This document shows, piece after piece, positions 27,330-41,533 of a stretch of DNA of 64,000 bases. Position 1 is the first letter of the stretch, and each line of letters begins with the position of its first letter. The notes below the pieces were generated by a model. That model worked only from the letters and a program-made list of their open reading frames with translations, searched no databases and had not been told where the DNA came from. Position numbers and translations under genes: made by a program. The DNA comes from Tubiluchus corallicola (lineage: Eukaryota > Animalia > Priapulida): the NCBI GenBank assembly GCA_030141605.1, contig JAQGDQ010000210.1, positions 310,001 through 374,000 on the forward strand. Direction: 5' to 3'.

Positions 27330-28477
27330 CTGAAAAACAAAACATATAAACGCATAACAAACAACGGATTATTAGGACAAACATTAACCTGTTCAATGAA
27401 GCAGAACTCAAAATGACGTAACTTTATAATCATAAGTCTCATATATGAAGCTGTATGTAGGTATGACGGGATGTGGTTATAATAGTGCTGTTCCTGTCTT
27501 CTCCTCTATGTCGACCTGACATGCTACAGGACAAAATAATGTTGTTACCGTGAGCGGTTATCGGAAGCAATTTGTAATAAAAAATATTCGTATTAATCAG
27601 TTAAATGCCTCCCGTTTTAAAGGTCGCTTTTTTCTACATATGTTTCTGAAAACTTAATTTTTACGTGAAATTGTGTGCGTCTTTTTGTACAAAAATTATC
27701 AGTTACTAATATATTCTAACGTTTCCAGTTTTCCTGGACAAGTTTTGCAAGTTTTCGTTTTTCGATTTTTTAAACATTGAAAATTCAAAATGAGAAGGTT
27801 TAAGTAGGAGCTACCTCTGCCAAGGAAGAGGCCTGTAACGAGCGCATCTATTTTTGAGCTGAAACTTGCTGAACCTCGCCTACCGGAGGCACAGAACTTT
27901 TCATCTAAGAAGGTAAAGTCCTTAAAAGAAAGAAGAGACGATTACGTTCATAATAGCTAAATCTGCGGGAGGAGAGAAAAGTATAGCTATAAATGTTGGG
28001 GTAAACGCATCGAAGTTGCTTATTGGTAGCTAAATAAAAGAAAGCTAAGATTGGTAGACAGGGCCGACAGTCTATCACTAGGCAAACTAGGCAGTTGCTA
28101 GGTCGCCAAATTCTGGAAATAATTTTTTAATTTTTAAGTTTAAAATAAGCAATAACATAATATAAGTGTTTCAGCATTTATCTAATAATGGCTGATAAAC
28201 CTATAAGAACAAAGTACGGAACACAGAAAAGGAAAGATTCATTTATAACCCACTGAATCGTAATTTACAGATTAAATCACATTATTGCCTTAAAAATAGC
28301 GTAATTCATATCAATTATCACAATGCTTGTAGAACTAGAAAACCATTTAAGAGAAGGTAAGCAAATTACATCAGTTTTGGTACAGAAAGCTATAAGTCCT
28401 CGAAGTATTATTGTCTAATGGACGCTTACAGTAACTTCTGACGAGAAAATCTTATAGTGTAATTGCAATATGTTTAA

Positions 28478-28806
28478 AGGAAAACAGGATGATTTTTCAC
28501 AGACTACCCCATTTTCAAGTCCGACGAAAAATATACATTTTAACACAATTAATACTGCAAAAGCGCTTCAGTTAATTAAATAATAGATTAAAAACTTAAT
28601 TAACGGTGATGGATCCCAACTATTGATTACATCACAAACTAACATAATTTTCAACGGCAAAAATATTGCATGAGCGTGTTGCGCGTGTTTACGAAAACGA
28701 AAACTGGAGTACAGTGTTACTATAAGATATTCGATGCGTTGTACTAAAACTGGCACGTTTTAAAACAAAAATTTAAATTTCAAATTTACCGCTGTGCTCA
28801 CGCATA
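28478..28806. mobile_element. Dispersed repeat family A, partial copy
   Basis: ttaa|aggaaaacagg start; matches about 17487-17795. Confidence 0.8.
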
Positions 28807-31331
28807 AGAAATAACGATAACCTAGAATACAAAAGAAAGAAAATTAAACAGAAATTAAAAAAAAAACAGAAACTAGAAATAAAAAAGGGAAATCCCGAAG
28901 GCAGTAAAGACAGCGTATCGTATTACTTATGAAAATAAAATTTCAATAATCCAGTAAAAAGAAAATATCATTACGGATAACAGAATTTGTGCTTTGTTGT
29001 TTTCAAAAACTTGCAGTGTTGAGAGCGTATTTGTATGTTTTGCAGGTGAAGCAGCTGTAGCAGTAATCAATTTTTGTGCAACGGTAAAAATCTCAGCTTG
29101 TTTTTGAATTGCTCAAGATGGCGCCACCGGAGTGGAATAAAATTAAAACTTCTCCGTAGCCTTGCTACTAGCTTCCGGTCAGGACAATGTTTGAATGTTA
29201 AGTTTATGTTTCAATCTTATCCACTTGCTAAGCATGTAAATTCTTTTACGTTACTCCTTTAACCATTTGATATAGTCATGATTTCACTGCTTTGAATTGA
29301 ATTGAACTGAATTGTATCAAATCGAATCTGTAATGGATACAAAACACCAGTTTAACGTGTTGACCAAAAGTTTCTTTATTCTGAAAGACAATTATTAACA
29401 TTCAGCTTAATTTGCATCGAGTAGAAGAGAATTAGTTGCATGATTAAATGTATTGCTATAACTAAGTACTGATATAAAAATCATGTAAACTATATTGAAG
29501 TTAATTAATAATAACTTACGTTGTTAGAGCCTTTAACAGTTACAAAGACAGGAATGCGAACTCCAAGTAGCTTTAAGAACAACAATGTCACAACAATAAA
29601 TTCGTAAGAAATTCACCATCATAATGCTCATCACAGTCAGAAAAATAGAGCAATGGCGGAGAGAACCAAAAAACGGGTAAAAGCTCACGAAAGACCAAAA
29701 TGCTAATGTATTCAAGGATATTAGGTGCTTCAATTTTAAAAGAGTGACTTCTGTAAAAGGTGAAAAGCCTACTAAATAAACAAACAGGTGGTAGCGCCGT
29801 GGCAGTAATTGAGAACTAAATTAAAACCAAAAAAGGGCCTATGCACCCACTACAGAATCGATTCAATCGAATTGAGCTGAATTACCAAACAGTTTCGCAC
29901 CATGTCCACTGTGCATTATTAAACACTGCATTAGTTTTAATATTTTTAATTTTTATTTAACTGGAAAACTATTTCACGAAATAAATGTTCAGGAGACCCA
30001 AAAGCGTAAATTTCAATCTATGAGAGCGATGTAGCAGCTGTGGCAGCTGTAAAATCTATATTAGAAAGTGACTGTAGCAAATCTTAGTTGTAAGAAAGTA
30101 ATGATTATTGTTATAAAGTTTATACTAAATATATATTTTTCATGTATTTTGATGGACGCTTAGTTTATAAAACTTTTAAATATGACGGGTAACACTTGCT
30201 GAAATTAAACTCCATATTGTTTTTGCCCACTATTTCCCCTGAGATTACGAAACCCCTAACTGAATTTAGCAGTTCTTACAGAACGTTCTTGTTAGAGCTA
30301 TGGCAGCTGTTTAAACCTTTAAGTATAGTTAACGTACGAAAAACGCGCTTAGAACTTTGCGTTTTCATCTGGCTAATGTGTGGAAAATTAGAAATCCCAA
30401 CTGAATCGCACAGGTTTGAAAGCAAAACTAGATTTACGTAAAGTAATGTGAACAGAATAGAGTAATCTCATCTCACTTGAAGAACAACATTTCTGCTACT
30501 AAGTGAAATGGTTAGAAATAACGGAAATAAAATTTACTAAAGGGAACATAACTCTTTCATGCTCGTGTTTAAATAAGTAAAAATCTGAAATTTATAACTA
30601 ATCAATAACTACAAAAGCCTTTGCATATTGTGTCTTTGAAATGGTAAGCACTCGGTACTAAACAACTTAAAGAAGTGTAACACTTTTGAGGAAATCCGTT
30701 TCGCTGAGCACTTATGCATGCGTAATACTACAACACGATAAATGTCTCAAGCGGGTGCAAAAATTTTCACCCTTTTATAGCATAATTATCAAAAATTACG
30801 CATGGCTGCACATTGAAACTGCCACGTCTTGATGATTAAGGTGAATGGTCAAACAGCTCATCTTGGGAAAACATTTTTGAAATGCAAGGCAGGCTAGCAA
30901 GCCCATGAGATGCCTTATAAAGTTCTATCAGTGACAAAATTTTAAAGTATAGACGCCGAAATGCTAATTTTTTTCTCTTGAGAATTTAATGTTAAATCTG
31001 TGTAAGAAACAGATAGATGTCTTCGGCTTTCCAGAAATAATCATCAGAAAATTTTGTGTTTTTTTTTTGTCATCAACTACAAGTATTATTCAAAGCAAGC
31101 CTGCCTAGCCAACTGCTTTCCATGTTTTCAATTTCTTGATGTTTTGTTCGTACATAAACTGTTTTTCCGTTTATGTTCAATTATATTTGCCAGATGCCAG
31201 CAGAGATGTCTTCAGCGCAGCAAGTTATCTAAGCTCATCTAAGGTATTTCAAGTTGCACTGGCACTAATGTTGAGACTTAAAATAAAAATAACAGGCGAC
31301 ACCAACTTAAGCAAAGACATGGCTTTTATTA

Positions 31332-31547
31332 AGACACAACATCTGCAACGTTTCGACACAGTTAAGGTCATGTTCACACAACAATCCACCGAAACAAAAA
31401 TACAGTATAAAAAAATAAAAATTCCAAAAGCAACTTTGCGACATTGATTTTTGTATTTTGAATTTCTTTAACAATGTAATTTTATTTAGGTGTATTGTTG
31501 CGTGAACATGACCTTAACTGAGTCGAAGCGTTGCAAATGTTGTGTCT
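31332..31547. repeat. ~58-bp inverted repeat, possibly Penelope-like terminal remnants
   Basis: agacacaacatctgcaacgtttcgacacagttaaggtcatgttcacacaacaatccacc and its reverse complement at 31489-31547. Confidence 0.75.
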
Positions 31548-31549
31548 GT

Positions 31550-32000
31550 TGGCATCCTTCTGTCTCGGAAGACAATGGAATGTGCGCCAAGAGAGTCCGA
31601 TCCTTGAACGTCTCCAGGGCGCAAGGTGCCTGGAGATCCTGAGTTGCCCAGACCGCAGGAACCACCTCTCTTCCTTCCTAGAGTAGTCCAAAGGAAAGCG
31701 GTGTGATACGTTTGGCACCAGGTTAGCTGCAGGAGCTACCGGAGTCAGTGAGCATGCTGCACTGGTCCGCCTTCGGGGCTCCACTCCTGATTTGGAAGGT
31801 TTACTCCTCTACACATGGCCGTTGTGTCACTTGACCTCCTCCGCCCTCCGCCTAGTGTCGAGATACAGTGTGGGCATCCCGCAAGCCTACAGCACCTGGT
31901 ATTCCTAGGCCGTCACCCATCCAAGCACTAACCAGGCTCTACGTTGCTTAATTTCGGTGATCCGACGAGAACCGGTGTTTTCAACGTGATTTGGCCGTAG
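31550..32000 (-). mobile_element. 5S-rRNA-headed SINE with an RTE-like body and tail
   Basis: Full 5S head fused to a ~330-bp body that is repeated at 18319-18733. TGTCTGT direct repeats flank it at 31543-31549 and 32001-32007. Confidence 0.8.
31883..32000 (-). rRNA. 5S rRNA-derived sequence (SINE head, probably not a ribosomal gene)
   Basis: Minus strand CTACGGCCAAATCACGTTGAAAACACCGGTTCTCGTCGGATCACCGAAATTAAGCAACGTAGAGCCTGGTTAGTGCTTGGATGGGTGACGGCCTAGGAATACCAGGTGCTGTAGGCTT closely matches invertebrate 5S. No oligo-T terminator follows. Confidence 0.9.
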
Positions 32001-32909
32001 TGTCTGTATGCCTTTGCTTATGTAGGTGCTGGTTGATATTTTTATTTTAAAAATTCGTTTTTCCCATCACCAATCAGTTTCTCATGCTGTGATTTGAATG
32101 GAAAGTTCAAAAAGTGTAAAAACTCATCTGTTGTACAAACGTTGGAAAACTTTGTCAATTGAAACTTTAATCTTTGAGTGAAAATGGCTTCAAAACGAAG
32201 GTGAAAATTTTTGCTGTTGTAAACGCTGCGAACCGTCATTTCGAGTGAAGCAAGCGGACGAACAAAAGCAATAACAATATGTCACTGCCGCGAAACATCT
32301 CTTTGAACTGAACTGTTACGCATTGACTGTTGTAATTCAAAGTGAAAATGAATTTGCATGAAACTCTGAAAGCATCGCAATGTGAACGCACTTTCACTCG
32401 AAGTGAAAGCAAATTAGCGACCTTATGAACGTAGCTTTAGTGAAAGCATTCTTTAAACGGCACAGCGTGACACAGTATCAGGAGACATAGTAATCAGGAG
32501 GGTTGGCGATGCATCAATGAAAAATTTACACCACTTTGATTCTGACCTTTGTATAGTAATTAGAAATTTGTCTCATGGGAGGCGTGTTACATGAAGCTTC
32601 TCGCCTATATTTGTGTGTTAAGATTAACATTCAATGAAATTTGCATTCACGGCTCAGAACTCTTAACCGTTCGATAATTAATTACTTAATAGTACTAATT
32701 AAAAGGTTATGTTAACGTTTATTAACGAACTGTTTTTCAGAAAAGGAAAAATTTATGAAAGCTTGCAGATCAAATTCATGAGTAATGCGTGATGCGTAAT
32801 GCGGGTACAACAGTTTGTACTTGAATATGTAAAATGTTTCCCTATGTACGTAATACGCAGTCCGTTATGCGTGGCCCTTGACCAGAATTCACTCGAACGT
32901 CATCTTACC

Positions 32910-33275
32910 TTAGTCCTTCCCGTGCACGGATGCACATTGGGCAGAGAGCATTTTCCATTGGGTTCTATCGGCGGCTTCTCTTTCGATGTTCTCCCAACGT
33001 CTGTTCATAGGCCGAAGGTCTTCTTTGAATGATCTGCGCCACGTTGTTTTTGGCCGACCTCTTTTCCTTTTTCCACCAGGTGGTTCCCAGCGTAACGCTA
33101 TTTTGGAGTGGCGTTGTTCTGGTAGGCGTAAATTATGTCCAGCCAATCTCAGCCTTCTTTCTGCGACTATTTCCTGCAACCGCCTTGACTGCGCCTGCTG
33201 TAGGACTTCCACATTGGTAACATGGTCGCGATAGGATATTTTTAGGATTTTCCGAAGACATTTATGGTGGAACGT
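32910..33275 (-). mobile_element. RTE-clade LINE ORF C-terminal fragment (5'-truncated)
   Basis: FHHKCLRKILKISYRDHVTNVEVL...RRLRLAGH...KIALRWEPPGGKRKRGRPKTTWRR is a typical RTE C-terminus. Confidence 0.9.
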
Positions 33276-33280
33276 CATCG

Positions 33281-33670
33281 CTATCGTCCAAATACGCATC
33301 TCTCACCACACGCAAACGAAAACCGCCGTTGCCTAGGTAATTTATGTTGTTCTGCATCCAGTTGCAATTCCTTCACTAAGTGGTGAGACACGCCGTATTG
33401 TTCTCTCTCCAGCAATGTTATGCACCTAAACTTGTGCTTCTCTTTTGAATTTTTCCGTCTAATAGTAGAAAGATAATTTAACGCCACCGCTGTACTTATT
33501 TCTTGATCACTGTCGCGCTGAAACTTCGACAGAGACATGGCTTCCAATTTTCACGAAGTAAACAAAAATGGCGGAAAGGGATCGTGAGCTTTGTTAATAC
33601 GCATAGCGTTCACAGGCACATGGAAGCAGTCAATAAGCATTACGCATGAGGGATCACGCATTTCGCATTG
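33281..33670 (-). mobile_element. Probable PIF/Harbinger transposase N-terminal remnant
   Basis: LEREQYGVSHHLVKELQLD resembles HARBI1-type N-termini. tgcgtaatgc / gcattacgca inverted motifs lie at about 32790 and 33640. Confidence 0.45.
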
Positions 33671-34559
33671 TTTACCTTAATCTCGTAGACCACTAGATAC
33701 TACTGTGTGTGCAAACTCAAGATGTTTGTTTTTTCTTTTTGCTTTCAATAGGGTTAATGGAGTAAACATTGGAACTATCTCGAAGCTGTAAAGTTCGTTT
33801 CCTTTCGATAAATTCCTACCCACCCCTTTCTTATATACCATTCCCTTTCTGGCTCTGACAATAATATTTAGTGAATTGCAACCATTCTTACGATCATTAT
33901 TAATGTTATGGTCAAAACTTGCAAAACCAAAAACATTTTTCATTTCTTTTTACTTTTTTACCAATTATCGAGTTTTCGCTCTCAGGTGGCAATGATTTTA
34001 CGTTTTTCTACAAACCGCCCTAACCAAGATCAACAGCAATTCAGGTTATGGGACTACAGTAAGACGGTGGAAATAAGAGTTGCTTTACACGTCCTGAGAA
34101 ATCGAATTCATATAACTAATTTGCTAGTATCTGTTGATTTTCCATGAAATCATGTGAGATTCAGTGAAATAATTTTCTAGTAGAGAACTGCACAGTTAAG
34201 AAACCCGACAGAAAAAATAGATTTCTAAGTTGTTCCACATCTACGAATGTCTGAGGCAAGTCTATAGAACCAGAAAGGAGAAAGCATCTTACATAAAAGT
34301 AGCATTAAAAGAGACGCCTAATGTAGCAAAGGACTTTCGGTGAGCAAATGACTGCACAATTTACCCCAAATCAAACTCAACCAGATTGACTATTTGTTGG
34401 AAGATGTACTCCAACAAAGTCAAATTATCGATTTATAAAGACAGAGGATAGCTTTAGGTGTCAGGTAATTAGAAGCATGATACAAGCGCCCACTTCTTTT
34501 CATATGTTCTTAATTACTTCTTTAGAATATTTCTGTCTTTCAATATAAGCCTGATCAAA

Positions 34560-35045
34560 ACGGAAAAGCGTCCGTATTTCCATATATTGTTACAGGCACC
34601 GTTATGATGACAAGAGAATGATCCAAGCTTAGTCTTCTTCGCATTACTGTGATGCACCAGCCGCTGACCAAACACAAGCCAATTCAAGATCTCATTTAAA
34701 CATTTGAGATGCTTCTAGTTGAGCATTGTCAAGCGGCACGCTTGTGCATTACATAAGAGTATGATCATCAGCATAGGTAGCATGTTTAGAAAGTACGGAG
34801 TTTGGCTGATCGCTGATGAACATTAGAAACAAAATAGGGTAGTAGTACAGACGCTTGGGGAACACCCGAATTGATTTTACATACTGATGAAGACTGTCCT
34901 TTTTAAACAACTTGCAATCTGGGATTGCTGAGATAAGATGATATAATATCCTGTGCGATTGTAGTTTCTGAAGTAAACATCTGCGCCAGATTTTGTCGAA
35001 AGCATTTGGGGACATCAAAGGCTATTAATCTAGTCTCTCCTTGGC
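34560..35045 (-). mobile_element. Decayed LINE reverse-transcriptase fragment
   Basis: AFDKIW...LLQKL...PILFLMFISD...YADD RT motifs. Confidence 0.75.
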
Positions 35046-35082
35046 AGTCCACAGCTCTAATATGCATAGCATTAAACGAAGG

Positions 35083-35693
35083 CAGAATGATTTTTCATAT
35101 ACTACCCCATTTTCAAGTCGGATAAAAAGTATACATTTTAACACAATTAATAGAGCAAAAGCGTTTCTGATAACTAGATAATAGATTAAAAACTTAATTA
35201 ACGGTGGGCGATCCCAACTATTGATGACATCACAAACTAACATAATTTTCAACGGCAAAAATATTCCATGAGCGTGTTGCGCGTGTTTGCGAAAACGAAA
35301 ATTGAAGTACAGTGTTACTATAAGATATTCGGTGTGTTGTACTAAAACTAGGCAAGTTTTAAGACAAAAATTCAAATTTCAAATTTACCGCTGCGTTTAC
35401 GCATGAGCTGTCGAACGTGTGTAGCTCGTCACAAACTAACACATCTGAATTGAGAGGTACAGCACCTGTTTTTGTGCAATGCGTTTCCGAGATGCAGGCG
35501 CTAGTGCCCGTCTAACTAGCGAATGGCGAAATGCACGTAACAGCGAAGAACTAGTTGCGCAAACGAGAAATTGTGTTTGTGTTGTAATTATTCTTTCGCG
35601 TAAGTCGTTTTTGAAAAAAATACTATGTTTCCTTTCAATATTTTAAAGAGTAGATTGTTTTGACCTACAGTTTTGAACATTGGGCCGGTTTCC
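35083..35693. mobile_element. Dispersed repeat family A, third copy
   Basis: Collinear match to about 17495-18070. Confidence 0.8.
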
Positions 35694-38113
35694 AAAAAAA
35701 CATAAAAAATATGCTGATATGACTTCGAGCACGAAAAGGGAGCTTGCAACTGATGTACAAATACTTGGGAAACGGATTAAGAAGTAGTGATGGCGTAATT
35801 TAGCCACTTCATGTGGTCCAAGGTCACTAACCGTATCAACAAATGAAACCCCACATTTAACTTCCTATTTGTCACCAACAGTAACCAAGAGAATATCTGT
35901 GAAAGTGTTGGAGTTATAATTCCTCAAAGTACAAGACCCTTTCTTGAGCTTTTAATGGCCAAGGATAATGAGCCAAAGGATGAAACTTTATGAAAAATGT
36001 CAAAAACGCTATTAGAATGGCCAAAAGCATCATTTAGTCATGGGCAGCTGTATCCAATCATTCCCCATTTCACCAAAATTCGGTCTTGACAGAACTGACT
36101 ATAATTATAAAGAGCAGTCGCTCGCGTCCAGAGAGCATTCTTGGACGGACAAGAAGAATTGAAATATAGAGAAACCCACGCCTACTAGAGACGTCTCCGT
36201 ATGACAGATATCAGCAAATGCTTCAAATTCGACGGTTTTGAATTATCGGTTACGATCATAATTGTGGTTTAGCTGAGGCATGGTTGTCACACCTGGGCGC
36301 TTGGTTTCGAAATTAAGCAATGCCTGCCTGGTTAGTTAATGGATGAGTGACAATTAGAAAAGACACCAATGCTGGTTCGCTGTCTCAGTGTACATTATCT
36401 GTACACGGACTACAGTCCTTCCCTTAACCTTATTAGACCCAGCGTTTTGTGCTGGATGCCGACATTCAGGTTTTCTATGCATATAGAAAAAATACTTTAG
36501 AGCTCGTTTATGTACATCAATAAATATCGAAATAAATATATGTACCTGATACCTGATACCGGACTGATACCTGTTATTCAAAAAAATCTAAAAATTCAGA
36601 AAGGCGTACTACCATTGCACTCTCAACTTGGTTCTATCCCGACAACAGGATGTAAATAGTTCCCCAACTTACTGTGAACCTAGTAATGAGGTTGAATTCT
36701 ATCCCTGAGTAGCGAAACGTTGAAAAAATGTTTGTAATTAGGTTTTATGATTTTAATAACGTTCGTTTTATAATTTTTTATTTAATATTTATTTCTCTGA
36801 AGAAAAAACTGCAAAAACTATTTTTCCCGTTTTTTCTGCAACATTTTTTGGTTAGGAGTGGAATAGAGCTTGCTACAAAGATACTTGGGAAGAAAATGAA
36901 TTATCGCTGGCGAAGGCTTGAAGGCATAAAAGAGATATTAATTTCCTTTATTAATGAGTGAAATTAAGTAAAAACGTTTGTTCTGAAAAAGTAGTAAATT
37001 AGATTTGTCGAAATGACACGCTACGTTTACAGCGATGTACCAACGCGTGAAATTTTCTTACCTTTTTTTGTCTTTAATGGGCATTTATTCCTATGAAATC
37101 TCAGCTGCGATGTTAAAATTCAAAGATAAACGCCTTCCTATGTCTCTAAACTTTAAACAAAAATCTTGGGATGATCAAGTACACAAGATGCATTCTCCAT
37201 GGACTGACTGCAGATTGGAGACGCGTAGAATTCTCTGATTAAAGCGTCTTCGTACTAAACGAACACTTGCAGCGTCTAGCTTCGATTTCAGCTCCATTAT
37301 AAGGCATGTGTGTAAATCAGACTAGCGATTACGCATGCTTGAAAACTTGGCTTCTTCTGCCTAGGTACTAAAAGCATCAATCACTGAAAAATGATAAAGG
37401 GAAAAGAATAGGAGACATAAAATAACGATCAGACTGTATTTTTATGGCATGAAATTATATACGTTTAGAATTTTAAAAAAAATTAATAAAATTATTAGTT
37501 TCAGTTGAATAAAAAATACCACTATGAATGAACTGTCACATTTCCCTTCTTTTATTTTATCAATGTATTTTTTTTGCTTCTCCTTTAGCTACGATACAGT
37601 GGTATACAACGAATATATTTTCCATTACTACTACTATTATTATTGTTGTTGTTGTTGTTGTTGTCGTTGCTGTTGTAATTATTATTATTTTGATCATCAT
37701 CATCATCATCATTATATTTTTGTTACTGTTATTATCATTGTCATAATTTTTGTTTGTGACATTAAAACTTAACAGACTTCTTTAAATGAATATGGAAAAT
37801 TCACACCTTAGTTGCGGGTGCTACTTCAGTTTCTCGGAAGGCTCTTCAAACCATTTTGCTCCAAGCAGTAAAAAATCGACTACAAACGTTTAAGTGCCCG
37901 AAAGGGCACTTACAGTCGGTTACGTTTAACAGAATGCAGGTCCAATGAATGTCTAATTTTAAAGAATTAGCGTCTTAACAGCTTGGCACGCAAAGTGTTT
38001 ATTGATAGAAAATTACTTTCGTTTGAGTCGGTGTCTATTTGTAGCTGAGTAAAAATTGCCTCAAAGAAGTGCTGACGTCATGCACGTCGGTTTACAGCTT
38101 CGTATGAATTGAT

Positions 38114-38345
<232 letters not shown>

Positions 38346-39544
38346 GTTGTTCATCACCTATTCCTTTTCTCTTTTATTCTTCAATCTTCTTAACAATGCA
38401 AATGGGAAAGCCGACAATTGTACGGTATGAGGCAATTATGCGATATAAAAAAACAAAATTTTTCGTTGTTTTCGATTTCTTTTAAATATTTTACATGTAT
38501 CATTTCTAGTAGTAATACATGGACTACAGGTGAACTTGAAGCGTAGACAGAGACAAAATAACAGTGTAGTTGAATCTGATAAAATATTTGCCAGTTATTT
38601 TAACAACAAAAATGCAGAACAAATATTACTAAATCGTCTAAGCATGCTGTTCACAAATGGATGTAAGTACGTGAGTTATAATTAACCGACACTCAATTCA
38701 CTCATTTTTCTGCAATGAGTGTAAATTTATCTTTTGCTTTACACGGAATGCGTAAAGTTTTTTCTTTTTTTGAAAACGCGAGAAAATCTAAGAAGCCGCG
38801 TCTTCTATTGACAGAAAGACATGAAAAAATTTGTGATAACTGATTTGTTTGTTGCAATATAGGTATTAATTAAGGCTTAATTAATTTAACCTGATTCATT
38901 GAATGTATTACTCAAGGGGATTTTTCGCTAGGAAATTACTCATAACTGGTTGCTACATAAAAAGCACAAATAAAACCTTATCAGTATCTGTCTCTTATCA
39001 ACAACAAATCATATAACAATTTAACCTTTTCTGCAGTTGCCAATTTTTAAATAAAGAACGGGTCTTAGCGCTCTACGTCGTATAAATGTAATGTCAGTAA
39101 GTGCTTTGCTGATCAAGGCGTGTCAGAGAGAAAGGAAATTTGTCTGCGCAGCAAAATTACGTCAGTTCCTGTCTACTTTCGCCATTCGTCTTTACTAACC
39201 TCAACACAAACAACTTTTAGAAAATGTGTAACCAGTGTCTGCTCATCTCATCTTAGCTTGTCTTGAACATAAATGCCTAATTATTTTCTAACATTCGCAT
39301 ATGATTTATAATGTGCATCGTTGTAGAAGTAACATAGAAGTGACGTTGTAGTTGTAGAATTTCCAACGTCCACACAATATTGTTGAAGTAAACTCAGTCC
39401 GATCTGTTCCGAGCGTCCTACATTTACTTTATGTTACCAGGGCCGGCCTTAGGTAATTGGAGGCCCTAGGCGAAGTGAATGTGGTAGCCCCAAATGAAAT
39501 AGAAAAATAAAAAATAAATACGAAAAAAATAAAATTACGCAATT

Positions 39545-39690
<146 letters not shown>

Positions 39691-39940
39691 GTTACCAAGT
39701 GTGCAAGATGCAAACAGCCCAGATTACAAATGTCTTAGTAAAACAAATTAATTCGTCATAATTAATGCAGACCTACGCATACTGTTATAATATTAAAGCG
39801 TTAGTGAATAGCATTTAGCAGTATCCTAGCTTCTAAGTGTCCAGGGCTTGGCTTTAATTAATTATTGAGGGTCATACATGCAAATATGTCACTCAAAAAT
39901 GCAGTTCTAAACTAATTATGAAATACACGCGTAGTGTTAA

Positions 39941-40607
39941 AGCACAAGAAAACCCTCAACTTACATAAAGATTAAAAAATTCGTCTTGAAACTTTATACC
40001 ACTTGCATACTGCCTTTTTGCATATTAGACTTGCGTAGGCAATAACCATGTATAAAACATGTAAATTTAAACTCCCGCAATGACCGTTATACGCGACCAT
40101 TTTGACGACGGGTCATTTAAAACAAGTGTAGATAAGATTCTGTAAAGATTGAAAAAATAATCAGAGCATTCGTAACGCACGCGCCACTAACTAAGTAAAA
40201 TTTTAAATTACTGTATCTTGTCAATAAGATTAAAATACGTTTTTGGTTAGTGAGTGGTGCACCCTGGAGGGTGAGTCAGCGACATTTTACAAATTGGTGA
40301 AATCATTTTAAATAATTAATAATTTTCTTTTCTAGTTACGTAAATCTTTCAAGCAGGTAAGCGAAAATCTAAGCACTATAATTTTTCAAGGAAAGTTTTT
40401 TTGGAGCATAGTTTAACATATTAACATATACTTTTCTTCTCCTGATTTACGTTTGCGTGATGTAATGGCGCCGTCAGAACAGTATTGCGGGAAGTTTAAA
40501 ATGAAAACAAAAAAAGTCTTTTCAACGCGAGTACGATATACGCGTAAAATTTCTATTAAGTAATATAATTTCTTAAGGCGATTTTTCTGAAACCTATTTT
40601 AGGTACC
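39941..40607. mobile_element. Dispersed repeat family B copy
   Basis: ttaa|agcacaagaaaaccctc start; collinear with about 50519-51185. Confidence 0.8.
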
Positions 40608-41533
40608 CCATCCATAGTACTTACATATCCATAGCTACATCTAGTGAAAAATATCTGATCACATTATATTTGAAACAGGTATTTATAATATGGACATGAA
40701 AAGATAAAAATGTTTATTACCTGCTAAAGCTAATATTTTGATCAGAAATTTTTCTAAATATAAAGTAAGAGTCCAATTGTTTAAAACATTTTGTACAAAT
40801 GTTTATAGGTCGTCGCTCCTTTGTAGATATTCATTTCGGCAATTTAAGGTTACATACAATAATTGTATTAGGAATAATAATTGTATTGCGCTCGGCAAAA
40901 GTGTATAGATCGAAATATTTTTATTTTGATGCCATATTACGAAAATGTTGTTATTCACTTATGACAAGATGTTATGCATGTTATGCTGTCTAAGGAATTC
41001 AGATATTCTGATTACATCAAAATCACGCAACTTTTGACGATTAACATTGTACCTGTGATTCGCTGCATTTTAACTAAAATTTCTAATAGGTAAATATTTA
41101 CTTTTTATCATATAATTTTTGGAAATTTTAACTTTTTACTGCAAATATGTTTTATGAACTTCGTGCTTGAAATAAAATAACTTACTTATTTACTTACTTT
41201 CTTATAGCTTCGACTTGCATAAACAACTTGAGGTTTTATATTACGTAAATAAAAATCAAGCAAATAAGAACTTTGATGGTTTCGTAACATCTTCAAGGAC
41301 ATAATTCTCGTAACTCTAGCAAGGTATTGAAACATCATATGTGTAGAGCAACGTTATGCCAAAGGTGACTCTGACTTTACATTGAATTTTTCCAATTTAT
41401 TTAAGAATGATCCTCTCCTTCTAAACTTTAGTAGCGTAAGATAATATGTAACTTATGACATGATAATATATAATCATGTCACTTATTATGTTGTTGCTGC
41501 TAAACCAGAGGAAACGAAATGCTTGATAGAGCA

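Noticed and set aside
29520-29733. Candidate 5' exon of the insulin-like gene (donor AAC|GTAAGT at 29520) and a 66-aa ORF
   Set aside because: Plausible as a UTR exon because the ATG at 27329 directly follows an acceptor, but one donor match is not enough support. The ORF stops before the donor.
31883-32000. Functional 5S rRNA gene
   Set aside because: Solitary, no Pol III terminator, fused to a dispersed repeat body and flanked by a TSD.
35025-35375. Recurrent 'FNFRFRKHAQHA' ORFs (also 17394-17834, 28568-28756) as a gene family
   Set aside because: They are copies of non-coding repeat family A; ORF boundaries are not conserved between copies.
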